Source: Carpediemonas membranifera BICM (taxonomy: Eukaryota; Protista; Fornicata). From it: a stretch of DNA of 64,000 nucleotides. Within the stretch, counting starts at the first letter, position 1. Each line of letters opens with the position of its first letter. Under the pieces are notes generated by a model that saw nothing but the letters and a program-made list of their open reading frames with translations, did not search any database and was not told the origin of the DNA. Positions 41,920 to 54,500 of the stretch are shown piece by piece. Both the position numbers and the translations under genes were made by a program. The stretch is from NCBI GenBank assembly GCA_019828565.1, contig JAHDYR010000062.1, positions 1,485,058 through 1,549,057 on the forward strand. The letters run 5' to 3'.

Positions 41920-42137
41920 TTGTGCACCATGGTGCGAACCTTGAAGCGACCAAACAGTACTAAACTGCGGCTGACAGTGGCGCCACGAGCGTGCAGGGTG
42001 CAGGTGCATGACACTATGTCTGCACTGGAGCCCCGCTAAGCTGATGTTTCCTTGCTTCGACCTGTCGCTGCCAACGTCAGGAAACCGAAACGAAGCAATC
42101 CGAACCTATATTCATTAAATAACAACTAGCGAGCGGC

Positions 42138-42962
42138 CTAGTAGGCCTTGGTGATCTGGGCAGGCTCGAGGCCGTGCCACTGCCCGGGGATGCCCCGGTT
42201 CGACCTGAGCGACTTCTGCCGCTGCCGGTGCACGTAGTTCTGGATCTGCCGCAGCGATGGCGCCGGCCCATCCGTGCACAGCTGCTGCAAGATGGCTTGG
42301 GGCTTCAGCCCGCTGTCGGCCAGGGCGGCGATGGTCTTCTTAGTTCGGGCGTCAATGCCATAGCGTGTCTGCGTGTTCTTTCGGGGCCGCTCAACAGGTG
42401 TGTGCGTCCCAGCGCTCAGCCGGAACACCTTCTCGCAGCCGTGGCAGTAAACGTACCGCGTCTCGAGGGTACAGTCCGTGCAACACCCCTGGGCGCACCG
42501 GAACCGGAGACAGAAGGCACGGTGGGCCCTGTTGCGGGGACAGGCCATAGTGGTGGTGCCCTTCGAGTGCCAGCCGCAGTGGCCGGGGCATGCATCCTTG
42601 TGGACGTTGATGGCGATGCGGACGTCCTCGTCGGACCACGACGCGATGCTGAGGTCCCCGGTGATATCGGTCGTCTCCCAGTCCCGCTTGTGGCTGGGGG
42701 CCTTGCAAACGGGGGGCTGCGCTGGCTCGATCGAGGGGAAGGGCTCAGTTGCCGGGGCTGTGGGCGACGGCACGGAGGGGGATGCAGGAGGCATGGTGGT
42801 GCTAAGAAGGGGGATGGTAACCTCTACGGGGTTAAATGGGGCCTGAGTAGTCAGCTCTGCGCTCGGGGTGCTAAGAAAGAGCGGGTCCACCGGAATGGAG
42901 GGCGAGACAGCGTCAAAAGTGCTGCCGAACAAGTCTAATGGGTACGAAAATGAAGAATCCAT
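42138..42962 (-). CDS. Putative transcription factor with MULE-type Zn-finger/HTH module (paralog of 31957)
   Basis: Pro/Ser-rich N-term; RFRCAQGCCTDCTLETRYVYC..GTH; GIDARTKKTIAAL..GLKP..I..PSLRQIQNYV. Confidence 0.6.
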   Translation of the reverse strand: MDSSFSYPLDLFGSTFDAVSPSIPVDPLFLSTPSAELTTQAPFNPVEVTIPLLSTTMPPASPSVPSPTAPATEPFPSIEPAQPPVCKAPSHKRDWETTDITGDLSIASWSDEDVRIAINVHKDACPGHCGWHSKGTTTMACPRNRAHRAFCLRFRCAQGCCTDCTLETRYVYCHGCEKVFRLSAGTHTPVERPRKNTQTRYGIDARTKKTIAALADSGLKPQAILQQLCTDGPAPSLRQIQNYVHRQRQKSLRSNRGIPGQWHGLEPAQITKAY

Positions 42963-43182
42963 GCAAGAAATGCGCTGGAGCAGCGTGTTAATGATCAAAC
43001 GGGGAGGTCGTTCACATTTTCTCAATTTTTTCTTGCACGCTGATTTTCTCCATATCCGGAGATGTGGGAAACCGAGTCGAGGATCTCACTGGCCTATTCT
43101 GGCAAAACTGCATCTCCAACTCCAGTATAATGGATGTGTCTAAGCCGGTGGAGTTTACAATCCTCATCCAGCCCTACCCCAG

Positions 43183-45156
43183 TCAACCGCAGCTGAGCCC
43201 AAGGGCCTCCAGCCGAGCAACCAGCCCGCCGTCAAACGGGAAGATGCACTTGGGCACGGCCGCAACGAGGCACGGGTAGCCTGCAGCGGCGTTGCCGAGG
43301 ATGTCCTCCATGCACGAGACGACCTCGCCCTTGACCAGGTCGCGGCTGGACGTCAGCAGGGTGTGGGCGAAGAGCTCGGCCAGCTGGGCCATGTCGCCGC
43401 CCGCCCCGTCCCCCCTGAACGAAACGGCGTGGCGCAGGGACCGGAAGAGGTAGATGGCCTCGTACGACGTCGTCTCGGCGTGTGCGGCGGCAGTGCACAT
43501 CACCTGGAGCACGGCGACCAGGTCGTCCCCGAACTGGCGAGCATCTGGCAGCGCCATCAGGATTGGTCTGAGATGTGTGAGCTGGCCGATGACGGACGGA
43601 ACGATGAAGAACTGCTTGCTGTTCCGGCCCATGCAGGCGTGGGGGTCAGCCTCGATGTCCGCCAGGGATGGAAGCACGCTGTGGATGGCGGCCTTGGCGA
43701 GGGCGAAGAACCGCTCGGCGGTGACGGGGTCATTCGTGGGAGGGGCCATGAAGGGCTGGGCCAGGAGCTTCTGGACGGCCTTGAGGTCCGAGAAGTTGTT
43801 CGTCTTCTGCCGTCCCCTGATCCGGTTGGTGAGGCTGACTTGGGACTCGGGGTCCTCGAGGAAGACCCGCAGCACCGTGTCGAAGAGGTCGGCCGACGTG
43901 TACTCCACCGGTACCGCCAGCTCCTCCACGCGCACGTCGACCGCGAGCTCCGCCAGGACAGGCAGCAGGTAGTTCCACACGGGGTGGCGTGTCTTGCTGA
44001 GGCTCGCGTAGCTCCGGAGGGCGGGCCACAGCGCGCTGGCCGGGTCGAGCAGGCGGGCTGTGAAGCAGTCGTGCAGGGCGGGCATGTCAAACGGCGATGG
44101 TATGGCCGAACCGACGTGGGCCAGGTTGAGGAAGATCTCGGCGAGCTTGGAGTGCGTGGACTGGACCTTCGGGTTGGTCAGGTGGGGGCTGCCCTCTCGC
44201 GTCAGCAGGGGTAGCACCCGGCCGACAAGCAGGTCGACCATGGGCGGGCTCAGCACCTGCACCGCCCAGGCCGGTGTGGCGCCCAGGTCCGGCCTGAGGT
44301 AGTGAATGTGGTCCGCCCACTCTTCGTGGGAGTAGAGGTCGACCAGCCGGCCGTAGACGTCGTTGAACGCCACCACCATGGCGGACGTGTACACGTACAG
44401 CAGTTGGACTGTGAATATCGGTGCCTTATCGACCCAGTCGGCGCCGTGCACTGCTACGAGGGGCCCGATGCGGTGGAACACAGAGAGTCCCTGAATCACC
44501 TCCCCGTCCGCTATGCTCTGGCCGTGGATGAGCTGGCTGATCATGTCAACCCGGGCCGTGAAAGTCTGCTCGACGGCGTACAGCACGGCGGGCGAGGAGG
44601 AGAGCCGGGTGTTGACGTCCAGCGACGTGAAGATCAGCGGCTCATATAGCGTGAACAGCCGCTCCATCACAGCAAACGGGATCTTGTACCCGTCGCTGAA
44701 CGTTGGGATGCCACCTTCGTAGCTGATGCCGTCCAGCGCCAGCTCGAGTCTGATCTTCAGGTCGGGCAGTCCATGCCACGTGTCGTCGTGTGAAATGTGC
44801 TTCTTCATCACAGTGGCGATGTCCCTAAGGCCTTCCAGGTACTTCACGACGGCCTGCTTGTCCGGTACGCTGTTTGGCCGGAGGTTCTTCTCGTTGAGGT
44901 AGAAGATTAGAGTCGAGAAGCACAACTTCGCCTGCGGAAGAAAATATGTGTATGCCGAGTTGTATGTAGTCGTCGTGTTGATCTCCTCGAAGAATGGGAT
45001 CTTACCGCTGGCCTTCTTCAGCTCGTACATGGCTGTACGGAAGTCCGGATCCATGACGACGGTCGTGAAACTCTTATGCTGGGCATTAACCACTATCTTT
45101 TCGAGTAAATGGCCTAACTGCTCTGGAGAGAGTGCCGTTGGCCCGTTCCTGGACAT
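43183..45156 (-). CDS. Hypothetical alpha-helical protein
   Basis: About 657-aa ORF with typical codon bias; no recognised motif. Confidence 0.65.
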   Translation of the reverse strand: MSRNGPTALSPEQLGHLLEKIVVNAQHKSFTTVVMDPDFRTAMYELKKASGKIPFFEEINTTTTYNSAYTYFLPQAKLCFSTLIFYLNEKNLRPNSVPDKQAVVKYLEGLRDIATVMKKHISHDDTWHGLPDLKIRLELALDGISYEGGIPTFSDGYKIPFAVMERLFTLYEPLIFTSLDVNTRLSSSPAVLYAVEQTFTARVDMISQLIHGQSIADGEVIQGLSVFHRIGPLVAVHGADWVDKAPIFTVQLLYVYTSAMVVAFNDVYGRLVDLYSHEEWADHIHYLRPDLGATPAWAVQVLSPPMVDLLVGRVLPLLTREGSPHLTNPKVQSTHSKLAEIFLNLAHVGSAIPSPFDMPALHDCFTARLLDPASALWPALRSYASLSKTRHPVWNYLLPVLAELAVDVRVEELAVPVEYTSADLFDTVLRVFLEDPESQVSLTNRIRGRQKTNNFSDLKAVQKLLAQPFMAPPTNDPVTAERFFALAKAAIHSVLPSLADIEADPHACMGRNSKQFFIVPSVIGQLTHLRPILMALPDARQFGDDLVAVLQVMCTAAAHAETTSYEAIYLFRSLRHAVSFRGDGAGGDMAQLAELFAHTLLTSSRDLVKGEVVSCMEDILGNAAAGYPCLVAAVPKCIFPFDGGLVARLEALGLSCG

Positions 45157-45303
45157 GTGCTCTATTATCACTCAAAACGACATTTGATTGACCCTGCTGC
45201 CTGCTGTTGACAGAGAGTAATGTGTCCGGCACCCCGCCATAGTGGCTCAGGGCATCCAATCCAACCAACCACAACGCCGTGTGCAGTTTACTCACATCCC
45301 ACA

Positions 45304-45950
45304 CTAGTGCCCGGTAAGCTTCCTCAGCGGCCTGCGCGCCCTGCTAAGGAGTGCTGCCCACTTATCGTTAGCCTCGTCCGACAGCCTGGAGCTGAGCACG
45401 GTATCCTCTGACAGGAAGACCTCGGACAGCAGGGAGAAGCCTGTGTACTCCGCGAAGGACGTGGCAATCACTGGGAACGCCGGCCTGGATGCCATCCCGC
45501 CAGCTATAGCCAGACCTCTCTGGCGTCTGAAGCTGTTCCATCCGACAGCTGTGCCCGTGATCGCCGAGGCAGCGATGGTGTTCGCCATGCCGCGCGACTG
45601 GGTGCCGTGGTCGACAGCGAGCTTCGAGCCGTTGTAGATCCACGTGAGCGTGGCGAACGACCGGGAGTGCTGCCACATGAGGCGGCCGAAGCCTCTGGCC
45701 CCGAGTGATTCGTGGTGAATGAGCGTCTTCATGGCGCCGTCGAGCACGCCATACGCGCCTCCCATGAGGCCTGAACCCTGTGTGAGCATGGAATAACCGC
45801 ACGAACCACGCCGCCCATGAACGCGATGAAGCATTGGCCCATGAGTGTATCGGGCGACATCAGCCGCTGACCGAGCAGATATGCGCGCTCCTCCTTCGTA
45901 AATGGCCTCTCGGGTGCCTGGCGCACCTCCATTCCGCTGAACAGTGCCAT
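45304..45950 (-). CDS. Tim17/Tim22/Tim23-family inner-membrane translocase; intron 45778-45806
   Basis: Spliced QCFIAFMGGV|GSGLMGGAYGVLDG..SRSFA..IY..ANTIAASAITG; Gly-zipper TM pattern; 29-nt GTTCGT..CTCACACAG intron. Confidence 0.65.
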
Positions 45951-46040
45951 TTGCTGTTGTTGATCGTTGTTGAAAAACGAGGACGCACGCAGTCGACCGA
46001 AAGCCAGCCACCCCGGCTCACAGATCCAATCCGACGCTGT

Positions 46041-48200
46041 TTAGCAGTAGTTCTCGCCTTCCATCTTCCTCCGTATCCCCTCGTACGTCCCGACGTCCAC
46101 CGCACTCAGGCTGGGCGTCACCTGTCTGAGCTTCGCCGCCATGTCCGACTTCAGTACAGCCACCCCAGCCCCGGCCACCGTGCGGATCGCCATAGCCTTC
46201 GCCGCCAGCCGCTCCCTGTCCTCCAGGGCCATGTGGGCGAGCCGGGCGGAGTCGGCGAGGGCCTCACTGTCCACGGCGTCGCACATGTCGGTGAGCACGA
46301 CGACCTTGGATTTCCACGATGCCAGGTCACTGCAGTTGAAGTGGGCCGCGTTGGGGTTCGACTGCAGCTGCTGGTAGAAGAACTGGTATCGCGTGTCAGA
46401 GTCCATCATGGCCAGCTGAGTCGGGTCGTCGTCGTTGATGATCTCAATCTTACTAAAGATCTTGCACACGATGGCGAGCTTCTGTTCAAACGACGGCATG
46501 GCCACGTAGACCTTGTTCGTCCCAAATCGCCCAGACCGGAGCAGCCCCTGGTCCATGATGTCTGGCCGGTTGGTCGCACCGATAACTAGCACGCGTCCGT
46601 CGCTGCCGACCCCGTCCATCTCAGTCAAGAACTGGTTGACGACGTTGGTGGCGGACGAGGAGGACGCAGTGTCGCGGTCCTGGCTGAGTGCGTCGATCTC
46701 GTCGAAGAAGATGACGCTCGGGGCGCACTGTCTGGCCTTGACGAACAGCTCCCGCACGGCCCGCTCGGACTCACCGACGAACTTGTCGAGGATCTCGGGG
46801 CCCTTGACGACGACGAAGGAGCTCTGCACCTCGTTGGCGATGGCCTGGGCGATCATGGTCTTGCCGCAGCCGGGCGGGCCATACAGCAGCATCGAGTGGC
46901 TCTCCTTCAGCCCCAGCAGTTTCGTCTTCGCGGGGTCCCGTCGGAATGCCAGCAGGATGTCGCCAATGACACGCCGCAGCTGGTCGACGCCGCCCAGATC
47001 CGCCCAGGTCGCGTCGGGCAGCGCTGTGAACCCGAACCGCAGTGCGCGGGGCTGGATCGACTGCATGGCCCGGTCGAATGCGGCCTCGGTCAGTGGGCAG
47101 TCGGACATTGCGTCGGAGTCGATCAGCAGCCGCCGTGTCGCCGCGTCGACCAGCTCAGCCAGCTCGGCGTGTGTGAATGCGGCCGCCTTGTGTGCCACCC
47201 GGGGAATGGTCCGTGCGGGATCGGGCACGAGGGGCAGCAGCGACCGGCCCGCCCGCAGTATCGTCGTCAGCACCTTCTGCCGGGCCGATGGGTCTGGAAG
47301 GGGGCATGCCACCTCGGTGAACTTGCTGACAACCTTCTCGTAGATGGACTCGCGGTTCTCCGTTGTCCCAACGATGACGACGAAGGGCACCGCCGCGGCC
47401 TCGCCCTCGGTCCGCTTGGCCTCGTGCGGCACGGTGTCCCGCAGCCCGTGGTTGAGCGCCTCCCACTGGGCGATGAACGTCGTGGACATGCGGCTGAACA
47501 TGTCCTTGCTTGGCTTGCTGGGGAAGGCCGAGTCGACGTCCGTCAGCACGACGACGCACGGCGCACTGGCCCGGATCTCCTCGAACAGCGCTGAGATGGA
47601 CTTCTCGGAGTCCCCCGTGATGCCACTGATCATGGCGTTGCAGCTGGTCGAGAAGCATGGCAGGTCGATGCCCAGCGTCGTCCTCAAGGCGGACGTCAGC
47701 GACCGGGCCGCTGTCATCTTGCCCGTGCCCGCCTGGCCGTGAAACAGCACGCCGAACACCCGCTTCGACGTCTTCAGGATGTGCTCGCGGATGGCAAGGC
47801 CCGCCGGTGTCGTGGGGACGCGTTGGAACACGGCGAGCGAGTCGAACAGCGACTCCTGCAGAGTCACGCGGTCCTTGTCCAAGATAGTCAACTCCTCCAT
47901 CGTGAAGGACTCGTCCCACGACTCTAGGTGCAGCAGGCTACCACTGGCGGTCTTTGAAGAAGCTGCTGTGGTGCTGTCCGAGGATCCTGCGACAGAGGCC
48001 CCTTTCCGCTTAGAAGCGCCGGTGGGTGCTACTTTCCCTCCATTACTCTTCATAGTCGCGAGTTCGGACTTCATCTTGGACAGCTGCTGCCCTTGGCCAC
48101 GAATTGTCTCCGTGAGATCGCGCATCGTATCCTTGGGCACCGCTGAGTACCTGTGAAGCCCATCAGCAGCACGAACTGTCTGAATGGAGTTAACAGGCAT
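46041..48200 (-). CDS. Double-AAA ATPase, CDC48 family (NVL/Rix7-like)
   Basis: GQAGTGKM and LLYGPPGCGKT Walker A, VKGPEILDKFVGESERAVR, IFFDEID, ATNRPD; start approximate. Confidence 0.85.
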   Translation of the reverse strand: MPVNSIQTVRAADGLHRYSAVPKDTMRDLTETIRGQGQQLSKMKSELATMKSNGGKVAPTGASKRKGASVAGSSDSTTAASSKTASGSLLHLESWDESFTMEELTILDKDRVTLQESLFDSLAVFQRVPTTPAGLAIREHILKTSKRVFGVLFHGQAGTGKMTAARSLTSALRTTLGIDLPCFSTSCNAMISGITGDSEKSISALFEEIRASAPCVVVLTDVDSAFPSKPSKDMFSRMSTTFIAQWEALNHGLRDTVPHEAKRTEGEAAAVPFVVIVGTTENRESIYEKVVSKFTEVACPLPDPSARQKVLTTILRAGRSLLPLVPDPARTIPRVAHKAAAFTHAELAELVDAATRRLLIDSDAMSDCPLTEAAFDRAMQSIQPRALRFGFTALPDATWADLGGVDQLRRVIGDILLAFRRDPAKTKLLGLKESHSMLLYGPPGCGKTMIAQAIANEVQSSFVVVKGPEILDKFVGESERAVRELFVKARQCAPSVIFFDEIDALSQDRDTASSSSATNVVNQFLTEMDGVGSDGRVLVIGATNRPDIMDQGLLRSGRFGTNKVYVAMPSFEQKLAIVCKIFSKIEIINDDDPTQLAMMDSDTRYQFFYQQLQSNPNAAHFNCSDLASWKSKVVVLTDMCDAVDSEALADSARLAHMALEDRERLAAKAMAIRTVAGAGVAVLKSDMAAKLRQVTPSLSAVDVGTYEGIRRKMEGENYC

Positions 48201-48288
48201 CGCTACGCTCGTCCGATGCATCAGAATGGGCGGCGAGCTTCGTTTCGATCGAAAGTTACATGACCCATAAATCACGTCATGTTCACAT

Positions 48289-51200
48289 TTACTCCGGATC
48301 CATGTCCATGACGAGGCGGTTCTCCTCCTCGCACAGGCTGGTGGGGAGCGGGAAGGCTGAGATGCCCCACATGTCGGCGTACTCCGTGGCGGCCCTGTCG
48401 CTGCTGAACTTCGCCACAGACGCGGTCAGGCGGATGGCCTCGGAGGCCCACTTGACCTGGTCCCTGTAGAGCGAGTCGACCCGCTGCTGGCCGCGGAGGT
48501 AGTCCTCGAAGTCGCGGTAGATGAGGTAGTAGTCGTTGCGGCCGGAGAGCTCGTCGACGATCGGCTGGAACTGGCCCTCGTCCCGGAAGAGACCATCTGC
48601 AATTTCAGCCAGCACGCTGTCGAGCTCGACGCAGTTTTCCTCCTGCTCGCCCTGGGCATAGCCGGCCCGGATCTCCTCGACCTCGGCCTCGGTGGAGATG
48701 CCGAAGGTGATGACGCCATGGCCGTCGCTCTCCTCATTGATCTCGATAGTGGCGCCGTCGAGGGTGCCGAGAATCAGTGCCGAGTTGAGCACGAACTTCA
48801 TGTTGGACGTACCACTGTGTAAAACTGCGCGACTGTACTTACGAGGCCTCTGTGCCCGTTGTCGAGATGTGCTGCGACATGTCCGTCGCTGGGATGATGA
48901 TCTCCGCGAGGCTGACGTTGTAGTCCGGTAAGAACACCACCGTGAGCCAACACCGCGTCTCCTTATCCTCGTTGACGACGGAGGCGACGACGTTAATGAG
49001 GTTGATGATGAGCTTGGCCCTGGCGTACGCGGCCGCGGACTTGCCGCCGAATATGGTGCAGCGGGGAACGACGTTCTCGCGCTGCTCGGGGGACATGCGC
49101 TTGAGGATGATGTAACGGTAGATGACACTCAGGATGTTGAGCAGCTGGCGCTTGTACTCATGGATTCGCTTGACGTGGACGTCGAAGAGGGCCTGCGGGC
49201 AGACCTCGATGCCCGTCAGCCGCTGGATGTGGGCCGCCAGCCGGTCCTTATTGAGCCGCTTGACGGCCATCCACTCCTGCTGGAATCCCCGCTCGTCCGC
49301 GAACTCCTCGAGCTGGCGGAGGACGGAGAGGTCCTTGACCCAGGCGTCTGTGCCGAGCTTCTTCGTGATTAGCGCCGAGAGCTGCGGGTTGGCGACCTTG
49401 AGCCAGCGGCGGGAGGTGATGCCGTTGGTCTTGTTGCAGAACTTCTCAGGGTAGAGCTCGTGGAACTGCTTGAACGTGCGGGACTTCAGGATGCTTGTGT
49501 GGAGCTCGGCCACGCCGTTCACCGCACCGGACATGACGATGGCGAGGTTGGCCATGCGAACGTGCTTCTCGGGGTGCTCGCCGATGATCGAGACGGCCCT
49601 GAGGAAGTCCTCGTCGTGGTCGGCCCGGATCGACTCGAGGAACTCCCAGTTGATGTCGTAGATCAGCTGCATGTGTCTGGGGAGCAGGGCGGCCATGAGG
49701 GAGACGGGCCACCGCTCCAGGGCCTCGGGCAGCACAGTGTGGTTCGTGAAGAAGAACACACGGCGGCTGATGGAGAGCGCCGCTTCGAATGGCATGCCGT
49801 GGACGTCCACGAGGAGGCGGATGAGCTCTACCACAGAGATGGTCGGGTGAGTGTCGTTGAGCTGGATCGCGACAAAGTCGGGCAGGTCGTCGAAAGCATG
49901 GCCCTCCTGCACGAAGCGGGCGAGGATGTCCTGGAGCGAGGCGCTGGAGAAGAAGTACTGCTGCTTCAGCCTCAGCTCGAGCCCGGCATGCGTGCTGTCG
50001 TCCGGGTACAGCACGGACGTGATCGCCTCAGCCTCCTGCCGCGATGCGATGGCGCTGGCGTAGTCGCCCTTGTTGAAGCTGACGAGGTCGAACTCCTCGG
50101 ACGGCTGACTTGACCAAAGCCGCAGGTTAAGGCACGTCGTGGTGTCGTATCCGGGGACGGGCGTGTCATACGCCTTGGCGCAGACGGTCTGAGCTGCATG
50201 CCACTTGTACTTGTCCACGCCGCCCGTGTCGGTGCGCTCAACGACGCCGTAGAACCCGACAGCATACAGCACGTCGTTCCGCTCGATCTCCCAGGGCGTC
50301 CCCTCGGCCAGCCAGAAGTCGGGGAACTCCCGCTGCCGCTTGTTGATGATCTCCTGCCGGAACATACCGTACTTGTATCTAATCCCGTAGCCCCAGACGG
50401 GGTAGTTGAGAGTCGCCATCGAGTCGAGATAACAGGCCGCCAGACGACCCAGCCCGCCGTTGCCGAGGCCCGCGTCATGCTCAAGCTGCACGATCTCCTC
50501 CATGCGAGTGCCCAGCTCGGCCAACACGCCGCGGAACTCTGACTCGAGCCGCATGTTGTTGACAGCGTTGCTAAAGCTACGGCCGATGAGGAACTCGATG
50601 CTCATGTAGTATGCCCGCTTGGCCGACATCGCCGTGAAGTACACGTTTGAGTCGTTGAGGTACTCGATGAGCCGGTCTCTGAGCGAAAGTGCGGCCGCGG
50701 TCATCGTGTTCTTGGGAGTCATGTCGAAGCGGCTGCAGGCGACCGTATGCTCCAGGTGGTGGATAATCTGCTGCCGGACAGCCCCCTGGTTACGGGCGGT
50801 GTAGGTCTGCTGCGTGGCCCAGAGCGCGTCCATGGCGTGTTGGGGCTCGACCCCGAGGTCCTTGGCCAGCTCCGTCCGAATGCGGTACTCCTCCATAGTG
50901 TTGGCGTACAGATCGCGCACACGGCTCGTGGGGGTCGACGAGGCAGCCTCCAGGAAGGAGTGCAGAGCGTGCATGGGTAGGATCCGGAACTTGGCGCTTC
51001 GAGGGCCGGAGCCTAGTTCGGCAGCAGACTTGGGGTCGAGGCTGTGACGCCGCTCCATGCGGGGCGTCGGGGACATGGACTGTGGTGACAGGGCGGCGGA
51101 CGAGAGGGCGGGGGAGGCGCGCTGGTGGTACTGGCTGAGCTGCTCCAGCAGACGGTAGGGACCGAGGTCGCCGGGCTCGGACTGCTCGCGGCCGTAGATC

Positions 51201-51355
51201 TCGGAGAGGAAGTCCTTTTCAGCCTCATACATGCTAGATTCCGCTGGCATGCCTTCAATGCCAGCGCCATCATCGGATGGAGGCAAGTCACGCTGCTCCT
51301 TGGGCACAGGGGATTGAACGGCGCTTGTAGCTTCTCGTTCCTCCGTTTCTGCCAT
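48289..51355 (-). CDS. Glycogen/alpha-glucan phosphorylase; intron 48815-48842
   Basis: GLGNGGLGRLAAC, QLNDTHP, KRIHEYKRQ, EAS|GTSNMKF (PLP Lys) joined by 28-nt GTAAGT..TTTACACAG intron. Confidence 0.96.
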
Positions 51356-51533
51356 CTGCAAACTGTGTGATGGTTGTCAATCACAGCCTACAGTGTCATA
51401 TGCTCTACAGTGATCGCTCGAGCGTGTCATCGTTCTTGATACATTTCTCGTATACATGACCGTAAATACCAGTGCACTCGACCCGGGTGATGCTACAATA
51501 GCTCAATACCACTTCAACAGGCTAATTTACGGC

Positions 51534-54500
51534 TTACTGGCCACGACGGAGGAGCTTGCCAAAGGCCCACTTCCGGGCGATGACGGGCATGTCCTTCTGC
51601 ATGAGGGCGGAGATGAGCTCCTTGCCGGAGACCGAGGTGAAACGGACGGCGGTCTGGGTGTCCGCGATGTGCAGCACGGCGGTCCACACGGCGTCGCTGT
51701 TGTACGTCTTTGCGATGTCGATGCACTCCATGAGGGGCGTGGCGACGAGGTCATCCATGGGCAGGAAGTGCTTCAGGGCGCCGACCACGTTAGTCCACGA
51801 GGCCCGGTCGAGCGTCGTGAGGTAGTCGGCCAGCTTCCGGAACCAGTGGGCGTGGGGTGCAAGCCACTCGCCCTTCTCCTCAGCGGGCTGCAGGTCGGTG
51901 CGGGTAACGGCCACTGCGCGGATGACATCGGCAATGCCCTCAGCGACCATGGCCGAGTCCTCGACGATGTCAGCCACAGACGTGCACAGGGCGGCGAGGG
52001 CGTCGTCCGGGATGGTCGTGCGGGAGATGTCGATGATGACGTTGCGGACCATGGGCCCAATAAACCGCGGTGGCATCGTGTCCTCGAGCGTCTCGGCGGC
52101 CAGGTGGGTGATGCGGTCGTCGACGGACTTCTTGAGCGCCTCAAGGGCGTTGCACAGGCCAGCGGGGCCCTCGGCGGGGTCGTACGCCAGGCGGAGGGTG
52201 GCCTTGAAGAGGCGCTTCGTGATGTTCCGCTCGCCCGCGGACTGCACGAACTTGCGGGCCTCGAGGCAGACGAGTGACGGGACTCGGGTTGTCTCGGGCA
52301 GGTCGGCGGTGGCGAGGGCCTCGAGCATGGAGGTAGCGATCGTCTCGTCGCCGTGCTGCATGATGGGCAGCATGCGGGTCGCGATCTCCTCGGCGAGCTC
52401 GCGCTGCTTGGGGCCGCAGCATGACATGTTTCCGGTGGAGTCGAAGCGGTCGTTGTCGAAGTCAATCAGGTCGGTGAACGCGTCCGACACGGCGCATATG
52501 AGCATCTTGTGCAGCTGCTGGTCGTCCGGCTGCTCGGCGGCCTGGGCGATGATCCCGAGGAGGACGGGGTCGAAGGACTCGCCGGCCTTGTGCTGCTGGT
52601 ACAGCGTCTCGACCGTGACGAAGAGCACTGCGCCCCGGGCCGGCTTGCACGCGGTCCAGAGTGATGCGAGGAGCGGCACGATGTCGGCGACGGCCAGCTT
52701 ACGGGCGGCGTAGTATCTGAGCAGGAAGGCGCACACGACGCGGACGCCCATGGGAGAGAGCGTCGTCGCGGCCCCTACGATGGTCTGGAGGGCCGCAAGG
52801 AGGCGGGCGGCGGGGGCCAGGTCGAGAGCCTTCGTCATCATGGCGTTGGCGACGTTCGCGACGTTGGCGTTGCGGAGGATGCACACCATCAGGTCGACGT
52901 CCGCGGAGAGAGACTCGCTCAGGCCGGCCAGCGCGTGGGAGTGCATCTCGGCTGCGATGGCGGCCTCCTCAGTGAGGGCGGACTTGACCGCGGGCTGGGT
53001 GTCGATGGGTAGGGCCGCCAAGGTCTGCACGAGCCGGCGCAAGGTGGCGGTCATGGTGGGCTCGCTGCTGGGCACGTGCTTGTGGGTCATGGCGGCCTTC
53101 GTCTCGTCGATGGCCGTCGTCAGCGCGGACCGGAGGACCTCGACGTAGCGGGCGGGGCACCACATTGGTTGGGAGTAGGGCGTGTTCGGGCCGACGTGCT
53201 TGACACCGAATACGTTGAGCACGTTGCTGCGGATGAGGGCATCGTTCTTGTCGATCGACGCGAGGTACTTCTTCAGGCTGCGGCGCCACGCCGATAGGTT
53301 GCCGAGGATGCCGTAAACGACGGCGACGGGGCAGCGGCGGGCGAGGTAGTCGTTGGACGACACCGGCTGGTTGTTCCTGACCACGGTGAGCAGACTATCG
53401 CCCAGTCTCTCCTGTGCGGGGGTAAGCACGTGGGGCAGGCAGTAGTCGAGGATGGGTTGGACCAGGGCGAGGTCGATGGCGCACGCACGGGACAGACGCT
53501 TGCGGCGGCGGATGATGGCATTGCGCTCCTTCTGGGCGACCTTCATGGGGCGGGGGCGGGGGTGGATGAGTCTGCGGGAATAGTCGCCGGGGCGGGTGTA
53601 GAGGATCGCCCACTCCTTCTCGAAGTCAAACGTGTCGATGCCGACACTATCCCGGGGGAACGTGCGGTTCACAGAGTCCTTGGGCACGAAGTACCGCACG
53701 ATGGCGAGGGCGATGTCGGCCAGACACTTCCGGGTCTCGGGGCAGGCGGGGTGGACCAGGGCGAGCCGGGCAACGGCCAGCATGGTGTTTGCGAGGGTCT
53801 GGCCCTCAAACGTCGCGGCCCCGAATGTCGTGAGGACGTCACCATACAGGGCGGCGAGCTGGGTGCGGGCGTAGGCGTCCATGGTCCGGATGGATGGTAT
53901 GGCCACGAGGGCAGTCAGCATCGACCGGAACTGCGGCACGAACCACTCGTCGTTCTGACGCCGCATGACGCCCCGGACGGCCCGGATCGACACGCAGATG
54001 TTGTCGCGGTGCCCGGCAGTGAAGAGGGCCTGGAAGGCGGCCTGGCGCTCGTCGATGACGCGGGACCTGGTGCCAAAGCCGCTGTACAGCTCGGTCTCGA
54101 CGGCGGATGTGTGGTTGGCCGTCTCCTCGGCGGACAGCAGGCCGGCCAGGCGGATGAGCTCCGTGTTGTCCCGGTCGAGCTCGAGGTCGACGCGGTGGCG
54201 CCACATTGTCTCGGCGAACAAGACTCTCGTGGCGGCGGGTATCAGGTCGTGCCGGATCCTGTGCGCGTTGACGGACCAGACCCTCTTGTGGTGCTTCACG
54301 GTGAGGTTGTCATACTCGGCAGCGTAGTGGGTCACGGTCCGGACCAGTGCGGTGGTCGCCTCCTCGCGGGTCATGATGTTGGTGTGCTCGAGCACGGCCG
54401 CGACACCGTTGTGGTTCCGCGTGGTGAGCATGGAGTCGGCGAGGACGGCGAGGAAGTCGGCCCGCTCCTGGGAGAGCCCCATGGCCCGGGTGTAGGGCAG

